A stretch of DNA of 64,000 nucleotides, taken from assembly GCA_965243135.1 (NCBI GenBank), contig OZ251539.1, positions 608,001 to 672,000 on the forward strand, read 5' to 3'. The notes beneath the pieces are model-generated. The model made no database searches and was not told the DNA's origin. It worked only from the letters and a program-made list of their open reading frames with translations. Position numbers and translations under genes: made by a program. Position 1 is the first letter of the stretch; each line of letters starts with the position of its first letter. Source of the DNA: Alphaproteobacteria bacterium (GTDB taxonomy: Bacteria; Pseudomonadota; Alphaproteobacteria; MPNO01; UBA830). Of the stretch, positions 31,405-41,977 are shown piece by piece.

Positions 31405-32288
31405 GTTACCGGTATTGCGGGCGGAAATTCTCGGAAGCCGACATCAACCTGATCCGCGACCTGATCGCGCAACGGGATCCGCCTCTCAAACGCACGCCCC
31501 TGTCGCGCATCCTGTGCGAGCGTCTCGATTGGCGCAAGCCCAACGGCGGCTTGAAAGATATGAGCGCTCGCGTCGCCCTGCTGCGGATGGAACGCGACGG
31601 CCTCGTCGTTCTGCCGCCATCGCAGCTCCGGTCCGCCCGCGTTCGCCGCCCAATTCCGCCGTCTCCCGAAACCGAGCCGCCCCCGTTTCCAACTCCTGAC
31701 CGTCTCGATCAAGTCCGTCCGCTGCGCATCGAACCCGTCCGCAGCGCCAGCGAGGGCCGCCTCTGGAACGCCTTCATCGACCGTTATCATTACCTCGGCT
31801 TCACGCCCATGCCCGGCGCACAGATTCGGTACTTCGTCCGCTCCGCAGAAGGCGAATCGCTGGCCGTGCTCGGCTTCGGTGCCGCCGCGTGGAAGATTGC
31901 GCCACGGGACAAGCTGATCGGTTGGGATGCCGAATGCCGACGGCGCAATCTGCCCTTCGTCGTCAACAACGCAAGGTTCCTCATGCTGCCCTGGGTCAGA
32001 ATCAAACGCCTTGCATCCCATATCCTCGCACAGGTCGAGCGACGTTTGCCCGACGACTGGGACCGTCGCTACGCGTTGCGTCCAGTCCTGCTCGAGACCT
32101 TCTGCGAAACGCGGCGCTTCGAAGGAACCTGCTACCGTGCGGCCAACTGGATCAGGGTCGGCAAAACGCAGGGCCGCGGCAAGCTCGATGTAAAAAACGA
32201 GTATGCGCTGCCGGTCAAGGATATCTGGTTGAAGCCCCTGCGGCGGGACTGGAAGAAGATCCTCAATCGCGGACCATCACCCGGGTAG
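31401..32288 (+). CDS. DUF4338 (DruA-domain) protein
   Basis: FIDRYHYLG, GFGAAAWKIAPRD, VVNNARFL, LETF, GTCYRAANW..VGKTQGRG; GTGA overlap with tnpC. Confidence 0.88.
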   Translation: MSYRYCGRKFSEADINLIRDLIAQRDPPLKRTPLSRILCERLDWRKPNGGLKDMSARVALLRMERDGLVVLPPSQLRSARVRRPIPPSPETEPPPFPTPDRLDQVRPLRIEPVRSASEGRLWNAFIDRYHYLGFTPMPGAQIRYFVRSAEGESLAVLGFGAAAWKIAPRDKLIGWDAECRRRNLPFVVNNARFLMLPWVRIKRLASHILAQVERRLPDDWDRRYALRPVLLETFCETRRFEGTCYRAANWIRVGKTQGRGKLDVKNEYALPVKDIWLKPLRRDWKKILNRGPSPG

Positions 32289-33183
32289 CGAACGCTTACA
32301 TCAGGCTCTAAGAAAGATGGAATAGGAAGAACGATTGCGAACGTAACGCAGCGACGCGACTGTTGCACGATGTGCGGCGGGAGCGTCCGTTTCTGAAGTT
32401 GATAGTGGTAGAGGACGGGCTTGCTTCGAATGGCCCTCATCCATCTCAAGGAATTGAATCTTCGATTCATACTGGTCGGCAGCCGAAAGATCATAAATTT
32501 TTGTTTGAATTAGTGGACAGATTACCGTTCGTGAAACATGCCGAGTTTTCCGATGAGGAAGGTGTGCAGAACGAATTCATATATCTCAACAAAACACCTC
32601 TCAACGACACGAATTTCGACCTCAAGATCGACTTTGTTGAATACTGGAAGAAGCGTCCCGACGGCAGAAAGCAACGCTTTTCTTGGGTTACTGACCTACC
32701 GGTTGAAGACCACAACATGGTGGAGATAATGCGCACTGACGTAAACGAGACCTTCAACAACCTGAAGAACCAAGATTACAACTTCGAACACAACCTCGGT
32801 CATGGTTACAAGCGTCTGTCGAATGTCCTGGCTTACTTGATGATGCTGGCTTTCCTGCCAGATTTAACAGAGATATTGCAATCTGTTTTAAAGAGCATGA
32901 AGGAAAGCCGTGCGTCCCAACTAATTTTGGGAGAAGTTGAGGGCTATGTTCTTCAACTTTTCACTACTAGGATGGGAAGCGCTTTATTGTGCGATAGCGT
33001 ACAAGAATCCGCTTCTGGAACCTTACGATACTTCTTGACATAATACATTTTCAAAGTGTGTAACGGGTTCCTTAGGGGGAAACATAACCAACGAAAGCTC
33101 GGCCATGAATCCGAACGTTAGATGTCTGTCCTGACGGTCGTACCTCCTGCAGAGAAAGTCCTTTGCATTCGGTACGATCACAA

Positions 33184-33411
33184 CAAACGCTCATGATCGG
33201 CGACTGCTCGCCCCGTAGCATGTAACTGGTGGCTTTGCCGGCGTCGCGCCGCTCGCCGACATAACCGTTCCGCGTTCGGGCGTCACGGCGTGAAGACAGG
33301 GCTATACGGGGTCAGCGCCGCAAGACCTCCGAATGGCAAGCGCCGCCGCGAAAAAATCTTCGATTCGCGGAACGATTTTGCGTGGCCGGCAGCTCGGGGT
33401 TAATTACACAG
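33184..33411 (-). mobile_element. TTTG-targeting non-autonomous element, copy A
   Basis: Diverged reverse complement of 47350-47592; CAAA at both junctions (33184-33187, 33412-33415). Confidence 0.8.
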
Positions 33412-34176
33412 CAAAGTTAGCGGGAATTGCTGTTGTCGCTGTAGCCCCAAGAGGGTTTGGCAGGGGGAGTATTATTTATATCCCCCATTATATGAGCATA
33501 GGGGAATTGAGCGACAACGGCGACACAGCGACGCCGACATCGACGACAACCTTTCGCGGCTGTAATCGGGGGGCAATGACCATCGAGGCCGTACGGCGAG
33601 CTGAGGCCGCGTAGGCGGCCCACAGCGCGAAGGGCGTCTCGAAGCAGACATCGCAGCTTCGGGACGGCAGCGGCGCATGACTTCGGACTCGCGCTCGGGG
33701 TCCGGCTGGACAGCGCTGGATGCGCTGATTGCCGCGCTCGCATCCGGGTACGTCTGAGCGTTCGTTCGGTGGGGCCGGAAGGCGCCTCGCCGCTCCGGTG
33801 AGCACGACATGCCAGCGCTGGGCCAAGTCTCGGCGCATGGGCGGAGGCATCCGCCGAGCAATAGGCCAATAGGCCATGCCAATACGCCAACCACGGTCCA
33901 TTCGGCGCATTGTCGTGGCCCATTTCTCCGTTCCCAAGCCGCTCAACCGAGGATCCCACCGTGGGCTTGTGCAAGGCAAGCAAGGTGACTACGCTGGTTT
34001 TCGGAAACAGCACGCAGGTTCCCGCTTCGTCGGGTCGCCTGTCGAATACCATAGTCTCATGCGTGGCACAGGGTCGCTCCCTGGGTCCAGGCGAATAGGC
34101 AGGGCACTCGCCACTTGCGTGTTGTTTCCAACGGCCCGGCACCCGCCGCGCCGTGGCAATCCAAGGGAGACAGCGC

Positions 34177-36588
34177 ATGTTTGGACGATACCTCGCGGCT
34201 TTCGTGACTATCCTGTTGCTCGCTGCTTGCGGCGGCGGCGGTGGCGGCGGCAACGTGCCGACTACTTCCGCGACGCCGCAGCAACCAACGTTGACACAGC
34301 CCAATCTCGACACCGAGACGCGGGACAGCTACGTCACGCGACTGCAGAAGGTGCAACCGAATCTGCGGTGGGCGAACCTTGCGAACGTTCACGCCAATGC
34401 AGAGGGGCAGGCCCTGACGGGCAATGGGGTGCGGATCGCGATCCACGACACACCGGTGGACATCTTGGAAGACGAGTTCGAAGGGGCAATTGCCACAAGC
34501 GGGGCGAGGTTTACCTACACATATTACCCAAGGTCGGCCTTGAACCTGAGGATACGGCGCGGCGACAGGTTCGCCGAAACATGGACATCTGGCGAATTGT
34601 GCCGCGAAAGTCAGAACTGCGAAATTGTGGGAGAAGTGGCGACCAGCGACGACGTTGCGAGCAAGGCCCGCGAGGTGATCGAGCGGCGCGGATACCCGGA
34701 CGCCGAACAGTTCTGGGTCATCCGGGTCCGGGACGAGGTCGAATTTGGTGCGTGGCAAGTGATCCCCTCGGTGCACGAACAAGACAGCGGTGGAGAGTAC
34801 TTGCGTAACCACGGAACGCTCGTCGCCTCTGCTGCGGCGGGGGATACCTTCGGAGTAGCTCCGGGGGCGGTCATCGTGCCGTACGCGCTAACCTTGGGGA
34901 TCGACACGAGATATGACGGGGGACTTCGGGAGTTGGTGGGTGACGTGCTGGGTGCCGTCCTCAGTGACAGCGGCACGTTCAGCGAGGCGGAGGTCGCCAC
35001 TTTGGATCAGAGCGCGGCGGCGTCCATCACGGAACTTTACCAAGGGGGCGACATCATCAACGAGTCCTATGGATTGACGAGCTTCAATAATTGGGACTTG
35101 GTGCAGCAATACCGGGACGCTTTCCAATACTACGCACGGCTCGGGAGACATTTGCCGAGGACCGTGCAAGCGTTAGCGCAGAGCGGCAGCAGCGACCCCG
35201 CACACAAGACGCTGGTAGTTACGGCGGCGGGCAATGAGGGCAGGGTTGCGCCGCAAGTCGGGGCGGCCGCATCCATTTACTTCCCGGAGTTGCGGGGATT
35301 GCACATAGCGGCCGCAGCGCTGGGGACGGACGGGAGCATCGCATCGTATTCGAACCGATGCGGAGTGCTGCCGGGGCCAAGCACGGGGCGCTATGCATGG
35401 AACCCGGCCGAGCACGGTCCCCATTACTGCATCGCGGCACCGGGTACGGTGAACGCACGCAATGTCGATGGCAGCATGTCGACATCACAAGGCACGTCGT
35501 TTGCGGCACCCGTCGTGAGTGGAGCGCTGGCGCTGATGACCGAAGCTTTCCGGGGCCAGCTGTCGCCCAAGGAGATCGGTCTGCGGATGCTGAGGACCGC
35601 AAACCGGGAAGGGCCATACGGCGATGCCAGCGTCTATGGAGCGGGCGTTCTGGACATCGGTGCCGCCACCCGCCCCATCGGTGCCACGATGACCGGTCTC
35701 GGTGACAGAGCGCCCAGCGTCGCGACCTATGTCATTACGCCCAGTGCTTGGGGCAATGTGGGTGCTAGGCTTCGGGGCAGCGAGATCGCCTCCTTTGACG
35801 AATGGAACGCCCCGTTCTGGTCGGATCTCGGGGAAAGGTTCGTTGTTAGCGCCGACATGTGGGCGCTTCCCCGGCCGCAAACGAAAGGCGAGGACGGTGA
35901 TGTCCCGCTGCCGCATCTCGCGTGGGTAGGGGAAGAGAACGCGACGCGCAACCCCCACGGGCTGCGATTTACTTGGGGAACAAATGCACACAGGACGGGG
36001 GCACCGATCAATACGTTCGGAATGTCGGCCGCTCCGTTCCAAGCTCCCTATCGTTTCAGCTTCGTCCACGAGAGGAGGACAAACCACGGTGCGCGGCCCA
36101 GCGGAGCGTTCGGCACGAAGGTGCATTCGACGATGCTGTTTGTGTCGAGGGAGCATGCCTTCGCCTTCGGCGAAGGTCCGTTCGCAGCAGAGCTGGCTTG
36201 GACTGTGGCGTCCGGACAAGCCGATTACGAAAAGAGATCGATGCTGAAGACGAGCGGAGCGCTTTACAGCGCTGGCCAAGCGACGATAGTGCATCGGGGC
36301 GAAGGGCATGAAAGCCGACTCGGCATCGCGCAGCCGCTGCGGGCGGAGACGGGCCATGGTGCAGTGACGCGCCCGGTCGGCCGAACTCTCGACGGGGCAT
36401 GGCTATATCAAACGCAGAATTTTCGTCTGGCACCGGACAGGCGGGAAGTGCGGCTAACGCTGCGCCACGACCACGACCTCGGACGTGAGGGCAAACTGAG
36501 CATCGAAGCGGGACACGCTTTCGACGCGGGGCACCGCCGGGGCCGCCAAGCCTCGTTCGTGGGCTTGGGGTATCTGCTTAAATGGTGA
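34177..36588 (+). CDS. Lipoprotein S8 subtilase with autotransporter-like C-terminal beta domain
   Basis: Lipobox LAAC plus poly-G; triad IAIHD, NHGTLVAS, GTSFAAP; oxyanion AAGN; terminal Trp. Confidence 0.88.
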   Translation: MFGRYLAAFVTILLLAACGGGGGGGNVPTTSATPQQPTLTQPNLDTETRDSYVTRLQKVQPNLRWANLANVHANAEGQALTGNGVRIAIHDTPVDILEDEFEGAIATSGARFTYTYYPRSALNLRIRRGDRFAETWTSGELCRESQNCEIVGEVATSDDVASKAREVIERRGYPDAEQFWVIRVRDEVEFGAWQVIPSVHEQDSGGEYLRNHGTLVASAAAGDTFGVAPGAVIVPYALTLGIDTRYDGGLRELVGDVLGAVLSDSGTFSEAEVATLDQSAAASITELYQGGDIINESYGLTSFNNWDLVQQYRDAFQYYARLGRHLPRTVQALAQSGSSDPAHKTLVVTAAGNEGRVAPQVGAAASIYFPELRGLHIAAAALGTDGSIASYSNRCGVLPGPSTGRYAWNPAEHGPHYCIAAPGTVNARNVDGSMSTSQGTSFAAPVVSGALALMTEAFRGQLSPKEIGLRMLRTANREGPYGDASVYGAGVLDIGAATRPIGATMTGLGDRAPSVATYVITPSAWGNVGARLRGSEIASFDEWNAPFWSDLGERFVVSADMWALPRPQTKGEDGDVPLPHLAWVGEENATRNPHGLRFTWGTNAHRTGAPINTFGMSAAPFQAPYRFSFVHERRTNHGARPSGAFGTKVHSTMLFVSREHAFAFGEGPFAAELAWTVASGQADYEKRSMLKTSGALYSAGQATIVHRGEGHESRLGIAQPLRAETGHGAVTRPVGRTLDGAWLYQTQNFRLAPDRREVRLTLRHDHDLGREGKLSIEAGHAFDAGHRRGRQASFVGLGYLLKW

Positions 36589-36875
36589 GGAAGGCGCGAT
36601 GGGCGCTGCTGGTGCCCGTGATGGCATCGGCATGTGCATTGCATCGTGACGAGTCGCCGCGGCCGGTGGCCGAAACGCCGTTCGGAGAGGTGCCGCTGAT
36701 GGTCGGCGGCCCTCCAGACGCTGACGGTTGCCCCACGTTCACGAAATACTGGCCGCGAGGGGCGGTGGACATGGCGGTCTACTTCCTGCGGTCTGACGGC
36801 GGCTTCACGAAGGATCGTAGCCAGAGCGTGTGCGCGGAAGCAAAGATGGACGCACCAGCACCCGAGCAGCAATAA
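36582..36875 (+). CDS. Small putative lipoprotein overlapping the subtilase stop
   Basis: MVRKARWALLVPVMASAC lipobox-like; two further Cys. Confidence 0.6.
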   Translation: MVRKARWALLVPVMASACALHRDESPRPVAETPFGEVPLMVGGPPDADGCPTFTKYWPRGAVDMAVYFLRSDGGFTKDRSQSVCAEAKMDAPAPEQQ

Positions 36876-37126
36876 CGTGGGCATGGCGGACGTGTGGCTG
36901 TGCAGGGATATTCAAGGAATGAGCGTCAAAACTCGGGCTTCGCAGCGCGGGAAGCCTGCCCTCGTTCTTCTCGGAGACCGGTGGGCGCACGGCGCATCGC
37001 CGTCGGGCGGGCGTGCGGAAGCCGCTTGACCGGCTTCCGCGGCGCAAGATGCCCGGCGCGCTGCGGACTTGAACCCGACATGGACGGCGGATACCCTGAC
37101 GGCGAGCGAAACTGCCGGACTGCGCG

Positions 37127-39871
37127 ATGCCCCCAAGGATCAAGGACAGGAAGAAGGTTCCCGTCTACTGCTACCAATGCGTGGCGGGGCCGGATTTGAT
37201 GCAGGTCGAGGTCGAGGACGGCATCGCGACCCGAATCGAGTCGAATTACGCCGTCGCCGGCAGCCACCCGGGGGGCGGACGGGTTTGCGTGAAGGCCTAC
37301 GGGCTGATCCAGAAGACCTATAACCCGAACCGGGTCGCGTCCCCGATGAAGCGCACGAATCCAAGGAAGGGGCGCGGGGAGGATCCGGGGTTCGTGCCGA
37401 TCTCGTGGGACGAGGCGCTCGATATCGTCGCGGGCAGGATGCGGGATATCCGCGCCAAGGGGCTGAAGGACGAAAGCGGCTTTCCCAAGCTCGCGGTTTC
37501 GTTCGGGGGCGGCGGCACGCCGACCCAGTACATGGGCACGTTTCCGGCGTTTCTCTCCGCCTGGGGAGCCGTCGATCTCGGCTTCGGCGGCGGCCAGGGC
37601 GTCAAATGCTACCACTCGGAGCATCTGTACGGCGAACTCTGGCACCGGGCCTTCATCGTCTCGCCCGATACCCCCTATTGCAATTACGTCATCAACTGCG
37701 GAAACAACGTGGAGGCGTCCGGGGGGGTCGCAGGCGTGTGGCGGCAGGCCGATGCGCGGGTGCGCGGACTGAAGCGCGTTCAGGTGGAACCCCATCTGTC
37801 GATTACCGGCGCGTTGTCCGCCGAATGGATTCCGATCAAGCCCAAAACCGATGCGGCGTTTCTGTTCGCGCTGATCCACCGCATGATCTGCGAGCGCGAC
37901 TGGCGCGAGACCTGCGACGTCCGGGCGCTCAAGGAGGACACGACCTCGCCCTATCTGGTGGGGCCGAACGGATACTACCTGCGGGATCGAGAGACCCGGA
38001 AACCGTTGATCCGCGATGCGGCCGACGGTGCGGACAAGACTTGGGATTGTCCCGTCGCCGATGCCGTGCTCGACGAGGTTTGCGTCGCTTCGGGCGTCGA
38101 GGAGGGCCCCGACGGCGCGGTATGGGAACACGATCGGGTCGAGGTCCGCCCGGCGTTTCTGCTGTTGCTCGAGCGCATGGCCGGCTTCACGCCGGAATGG
38201 GCGGAAGCGGAATGCGACGTTCCGGCCTCGAAAATCCGGCAGGTCGCGGACGAATACGTGGCGCATGCCTGCATCGGCGAGACGATCGAGATCGAAGGCG
38301 TCGAGATGCCCTTCCGGCCCGTGGCGGTGATGCTCGGCAAGGGCGTGAACAACGGATGGGGCGGATACCAGACCTGTTGGGCGCGAACGCTGCTCGCGGC
38401 CCTGGTCGGGGCGCTGGAAGTGCCCGGCGGCACGCTGGGAACGGCGGTCAAGCTCAACCGCCCGGCCGACAACCGCCTCAAGACGGTGCAGCCGACCCTG
38501 GACGGGGTGATCGATTATCCGTTCAACCCCACGACGGAAGACGCTTGGCTCGCGGACCCGCATATCCGCAACGCCTACAGGACGCTGGTGCCGCTTGCCG
38601 CGAATTCGGCGTGGTCGCCTGCGCTCGGTCCGGCGCATCTGCCGTGGCTGTTCCAGAAGAGCAATCCGGCGCACTGGCCGCAGCAGACCAAGCCGGAGAT
38701 GTGGATCAATTACCGCACCAACCCGGCCATCTCGTCGTGGAACGCGCCCGAGGTCGCGGAGCGGATCGCGGAATTTCCGTTCACGGTCTCATTCGCCTAC
38801 ACGCGGGACGAAACGAATCACATGGCGGACATCGTGCTGCCGGACTGCACGGACCTGGAAAGCCTGCAACTCATCCAGATCGGATCCACGAAATTCACCG
38901 AGCAGTACTGGAAGCATCAGGGCTGGGCGATCCGCCAGCCGGCGGTCGAGCCCCAGGTCGACGCCATGGATTTCACCGACATCGCGACGGCGCTGGCGGA
39001 ACGGGTGGGGATCCTCGAGGACTACAACCGCGCGATCAACCGGGGCGCCGCGGGCGCGCGGCTGCAGACCGACGGGTTCGACTACGGCATCGATCCGGCC
39101 GTGCCGCATGCGCGCGAGGAAATCTGGGAGTCCGTGTGCAAGGCGGCGAGTCACGGCCTGACCGGCGGCGAGGAGGTCCGCGGCCTCGACTGGTTCCGGG
39201 AGAACGGCTTTATGCTGAGGCCGTTCCCGCAGCTTCAATGGTATCTCTACCCCGCTCTGAAGGAAAAGGGATTGCGCTTCGAGATGCCCTATCAGGAGCG
39301 CATCAAGCGGCATGGCGCCCAGCTCGCCAACCGCCTGCACGGGATCGGTATCGACTGGTGGGAGAAGCAGCTGGAGGAATACGAGCCGCTGCCCGGCTAC
39401 AAGCGGTTCCCCGACATCTGGACCGAGTACGTGAGGGAGGCCGGGGGCGACCCCGACGACTATCCGTTCTTCGCGCTCACGGCGCGGTCGATGCAGTATT
39501 CCTGGGGGGCCAACGTGGGCATACCGCTGATCAACGAGGTCGCCGACAACATTGCCGGTCACAGGGGGGTCGTGATCAACCGCGCGCGGGCGAAGGCGCT
39601 CGGGATCGCGGACGGAGACGAGGTGAAAATCGAGTCGGTGACCGGCGCGACGCAGGGCCGGGCGGTGCTGCGCGAAGGCATCCGGCCCGACACCGTCCTG
39701 ATGATCGGGCAGTTCGACCACTGGGCGACGCCGTACGCGAAGGACCTCGGACTTCCGAGTCTGAATTCGGTGACCGCCCTGTCGCTTTCGCTCACCGATG
39801 CGACGGGTTCCAGCGCCGACCTCGCGCGGGTGAGGCTTCGCAAGGCGGCGGACGAAAGGCGGGCCGCGTGA
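37127..39871 (+). CDS. Mo-bisPGD oxidoreductase, PadB-like (phenylacetyl-CoA:acceptor oxidoreductase large subunit)
   Basis: YCYQCVAGPDL...GRVCVKAYG, PMKRTNP.KGRG.DPGFVPISWDEALD; C-terminal molybdopterin-dinucleotide-binding domain; no Tat signal. Confidence 0.85.
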   Translation: MPPRIKDRKKVPVYCYQCVAGPDLMQVEVEDGIATRIESNYAVAGSHPGGGRVCVKAYGLIQKTYNPNRVASPMKRTNPRKGRGEDPGFVPISWDEALDIVAGRMRDIRAKGLKDESGFPKLAVSFGGGGTPTQYMGTFPAFLSAWGAVDLGFGGGQGVKCYHSEHLYGELWHRAFIVSPDTPYCNYVINCGNNVEASGGVAGVWRQADARVRGLKRVQVEPHLSITGALSAEWIPIKPKTDAAFLFALIHRMICERDWRETCDVRALKEDTTSPYLVGPNGYYLRDRETRKPLIRDAADGADKTWDCPVADAVLDEVCVASGVEEGPDGAVWEHDRVEVRPAFLLLLERMAGFTPEWAEAECDVPASKIRQVADEYVAHACIGETIEIEGVEMPFRPVAVMLGKGVNNGWGGYQTCWARTLLAALVGALEVPGGTLGTAVKLNRPADNRLKTVQPTLDGVIDYPFNPTTEDAWLADPHIRNAYRTLVPLAANSAWSPALGPAHLPWLFQKSNPAHWPQQTKPEMWINYRTNPAISSWNAPEVAERIAEFPFTVSFAYTRDETNHMADIVLPDCTDLESLQLIQIGSTKFTEQYWKHQGWAIRQPAVEPQVDAMDFTDIATALAERVGILEDYNRAINRGAAGARLQTDGFDYGIDPAVPHAREEIWESVCKAASHGLTGGEEVRGLDWFRENGFMLRPFPQLQWYLYPALKEKGLRFEMPYQERIKRHGAQLANRLHGIGIDWWEKQLEEYEPLPGYKRFPDIWTEYVREAGGDPDDYPFFALTARSMQYSWGANVGIPLINEVADNIAGHRGVVINRARAKALGIADGDEVKIESVTGATQGRAVLREGIRPDTVLMIGQFDHWATPYAKDLGLPSLNSVTALSLSLTDATGSSADLARVRLRKAADERRAA

Positions 39872-39920
39872 AGTGCGCCGGTTCCGCCGCGGCGCGCCGT
39901 TTTCCGGGAGCGGAACGCCG

Positions 39921-41525
39921 GTGACGGAAAGCGCCCCCAGATGGGGCATGGTGGTCGACCTCAACCGCTGCGTCGGCTGCCAAACCTGCACCATCGCCTG
40001 CAAGCACGCGAACGACACGCCGCCCGGCGTCCAATGGCGCCGCGTGCTGGACGTGGAGCGCGGAACGTTTCCGGATGTGGAGCGGGTGTTCATGGTGGTC
40101 GGCTGCCAGCATTGCGCCGAGCCGCCCTGCGTCCCCGTTTGCCCGACCGGAGCCACGCGGCAGCGCGCGGACGGCCTGGTGACCATGAGCTATGACGCCT
40201 GCATCGGTTGCGGGTATTGCGCGGTCGCCTGCCCGTATCAGGCGCGCACGATAGGGCATGACCGGGAATGGTATTACGGCGAGACGACGGCGCAGGAAGA
40301 GCATGTCTTCCACGACGAGCGCGTCGGCGTCGCCAGCAAGTGCACGTTCTGCGTCGAGCGGATCGACGAAGCGGCGGAGGAGGGCAAACGGCCCGGGGTC
40401 GATCCGGAGTACACCCCGGCCTGTTCTTCGGCCTGCATCGCGCAGGCGATTCATTTCGGGGATTTCAACGATTCCGGCAGCAACGTCTCGCAGCTTGCGG
40501 CGGAGAACAATTCCTTCCGGATGCACGAGGAACTCGGCACCGAACCGCAGATCAGATACCTCTACGAGGTGCCGAACGCGATGCCGGGCCGCGACCCGGC
40601 GCCGGGCGACCTCGAGGGCGCGGACGATCCCGCCGATCCCCTCGTCGGTCCGAAGCAGACTTTCTGGGATTTCCGGGCGGCGATGAACTTCGTCATGGGG
40701 GGGATGTCGACGGGCCTCGCGGTGCTGGCCGCGCTCGCGCATTTCTTCGCCGGCTTGCCGGAAGCCGCGCTCTTGCATCTCTACGCCGTCGCCGGGGCCG
40801 GGATGGCGGTCGGCCTGTTCTTCGTCTTCATGGAGATCGGCCGCAAATTCCGGTTCCTGCGCGTTCTCATGCGTCCGCAATCCTCATGGATGACGCGCGA
40901 GACCTATGCGGTCGCGATCTTCTATCCGGCCCTTCTCGTCGACCTGATCCGGCCGCACTTGGCGCTTCATCTTCTGGTGGCGCTCGCCGCGCTCCTGTTT
41001 CTGTATTGCCAGGCCCGCATTCTGCACGCCGCGAAGGGGATACCGTCCTGGCGCGCGGACCTGATCCCGACCATGCTCGTCATGACCGGTTTGCTCGAAG
41101 GGGCGGGGCTTCTGGCGGTCGCGGCGGGTCTCGCGCCGGCTGCGATCGCCCTGCCCGCGGTGCCTGTCGCCCTCTGCGGCGTCGTTCTCGTCGCGATCAA
41201 TGCGTTGCTCTGGCGTCGCTATGTCGCCGTTGCCGAAAGCGGCGGCGTCCCGCCCCTGTCGCGCGTCGAACTTCGCCGGATAACGCCGGCGCTGCTCGTC
41301 GTCGGCCATTTGGCGCCGCTGATCCTGTTTGCGCTCTCGCCGTGGTTGGGCGCGTTGTCGGCGGCGACCGCCGGCGCAACCTGCGTTGCGGGCGGGATCC
41401 TGTGGAAATTCACCGTCGTGACCCGAGCCTGCCATCAGCAAGGCTTTTCGCTTCCGAAAATGCCGCAGCGCGGCTCCGGCGAGCGCGCCGCGCCGCCGCG
41501 ATTGGCGGGTATTCGGCCGCCGTAG
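39921..41525 (+). CDS. 4Fe-4S dicluster protein fused to a DmsC-like membrane anchor (PadC-PadD-like)
   Basis: CVGCQTCTIAC, CQHCAEPPCVPVCP, CIGCGYCAVACP, KCTFC; then multiple TM segments with RPQSSWMTRE. Confidence 0.88.
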   Translation: MTESAPRWGMVVDLNRCVGCQTCTIACKHANDTPPGVQWRRVLDVERGTFPDVERVFMVVGCQHCAEPPCVPVCPTGATRQRADGLVTMSYDACIGCGYCAVACPYQARTIGHDREWYYGETTAQEEHVFHDERVGVASKCTFCVERIDEAAEEGKRPGVDPEYTPACSSACIAQAIHFGDFNDSGSNVSQLAAENNSFRMHEELGTEPQIRYLYEVPNAMPGRDPAPGDLEGADDPADPLVGPKQTFWDFRAAMNFVMGGMSTGLAVLAALAHFFAGLPEAALLHLYAVAGAGMAVGLFFVFMEIGRKFRFLRVLMRPQSSWMTRETYAVAIFYPALLVDLIRPHLALHLLVALAALLFLYCQARILHAAKGIPSWRADLIPTMLVMTGLLEGAGLLAVAAGLAPAAIALPAVPVALCGVVLVAINALLWRRYVAVAESGGVPPLSRVELRRITPALLVVGHLAPLILFALSPWLGALSAATAGATCVAGGILWKFTVVTRACHQQGFSLPKMPQRGSGERAAPPRLAGIRPP

Positions 41526-41977
41526 GCGAGTCAGGCGCCGTCAGCCGAACGGTCCCGAAACCGGTCATCGCTTGAGGCGCGGCTCGTAGCGCCCCCCGGG
41601 CTTCCGCAATCGCTGGGTCCTGCACATGGCAAGCCGTCCGTATGGCCTTGGCGAGATTCCAACGAATTTCATAGGGGTTGCGGGCTCATTCGTTGGGACT
41701 TGGATCGGTCCCGGCGCCAAGCCGCGCGAGCAGCATCTCGGTTACGCGAGCAGGTCGAACGCGCCGAGCGCCGTCCAGGCGAGGTAAAGGTCGCCACCCT
41801 CGGGCGGCGCCACGTGCAGATGTCCGCCGACCGCGGCAACATCCGCTGGCCGTCCTACTTCCACAGGACCACCACAGGAGACCGCACCGACGTTGACCCA
41901 CCCTACCATCGACAAGCTCCACCGGCCGCGCTGCGCGAACTCCCGACGTCTTCAAGATGACGGATTGCAGCACGATG

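Larger units (their letters stand above)
29557..32299 (+). mobile_element. IS66-family element with DUF4338 passenger
   Basis: Perfect 20-bp IR GTAAGCGTTCGCTACCCGGG; 8-bp TSD ATCAGGCT (29549-29556, 32300-32307). Confidence 0.92.
26984..32308 (+). mobile_element. IS5-family (IS1031-like) element, interrupted twice
   Basis: IRs GAGCCTGATT / AATCAGGCTC (right IR split by IS66); TAA TSD; SDLTNAEW, TGCQWR (rejoined), IDSQSVKT, YADGAY, KRWVVERTFAW. Confidence 0.88.
26790..33432 (+). mobile_element. Old 5'-truncated ISMae2-like element split by IS5 and by a TTTG element
   Basis: ...CCGATCAC-TAA / TAA-GAAAGATGG rejoins to PITKKDG; C-terminal remnant 32312-33043; right IR TTAGCGGGAATTGCTG 33417-33432. 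Confidence 0.8.

Noticed and set aside
31401-32288. Druantia defence system
   Set aside because: Only a DruA-domain gene inside IS66 IRs; no DruE helicase or other dru genes
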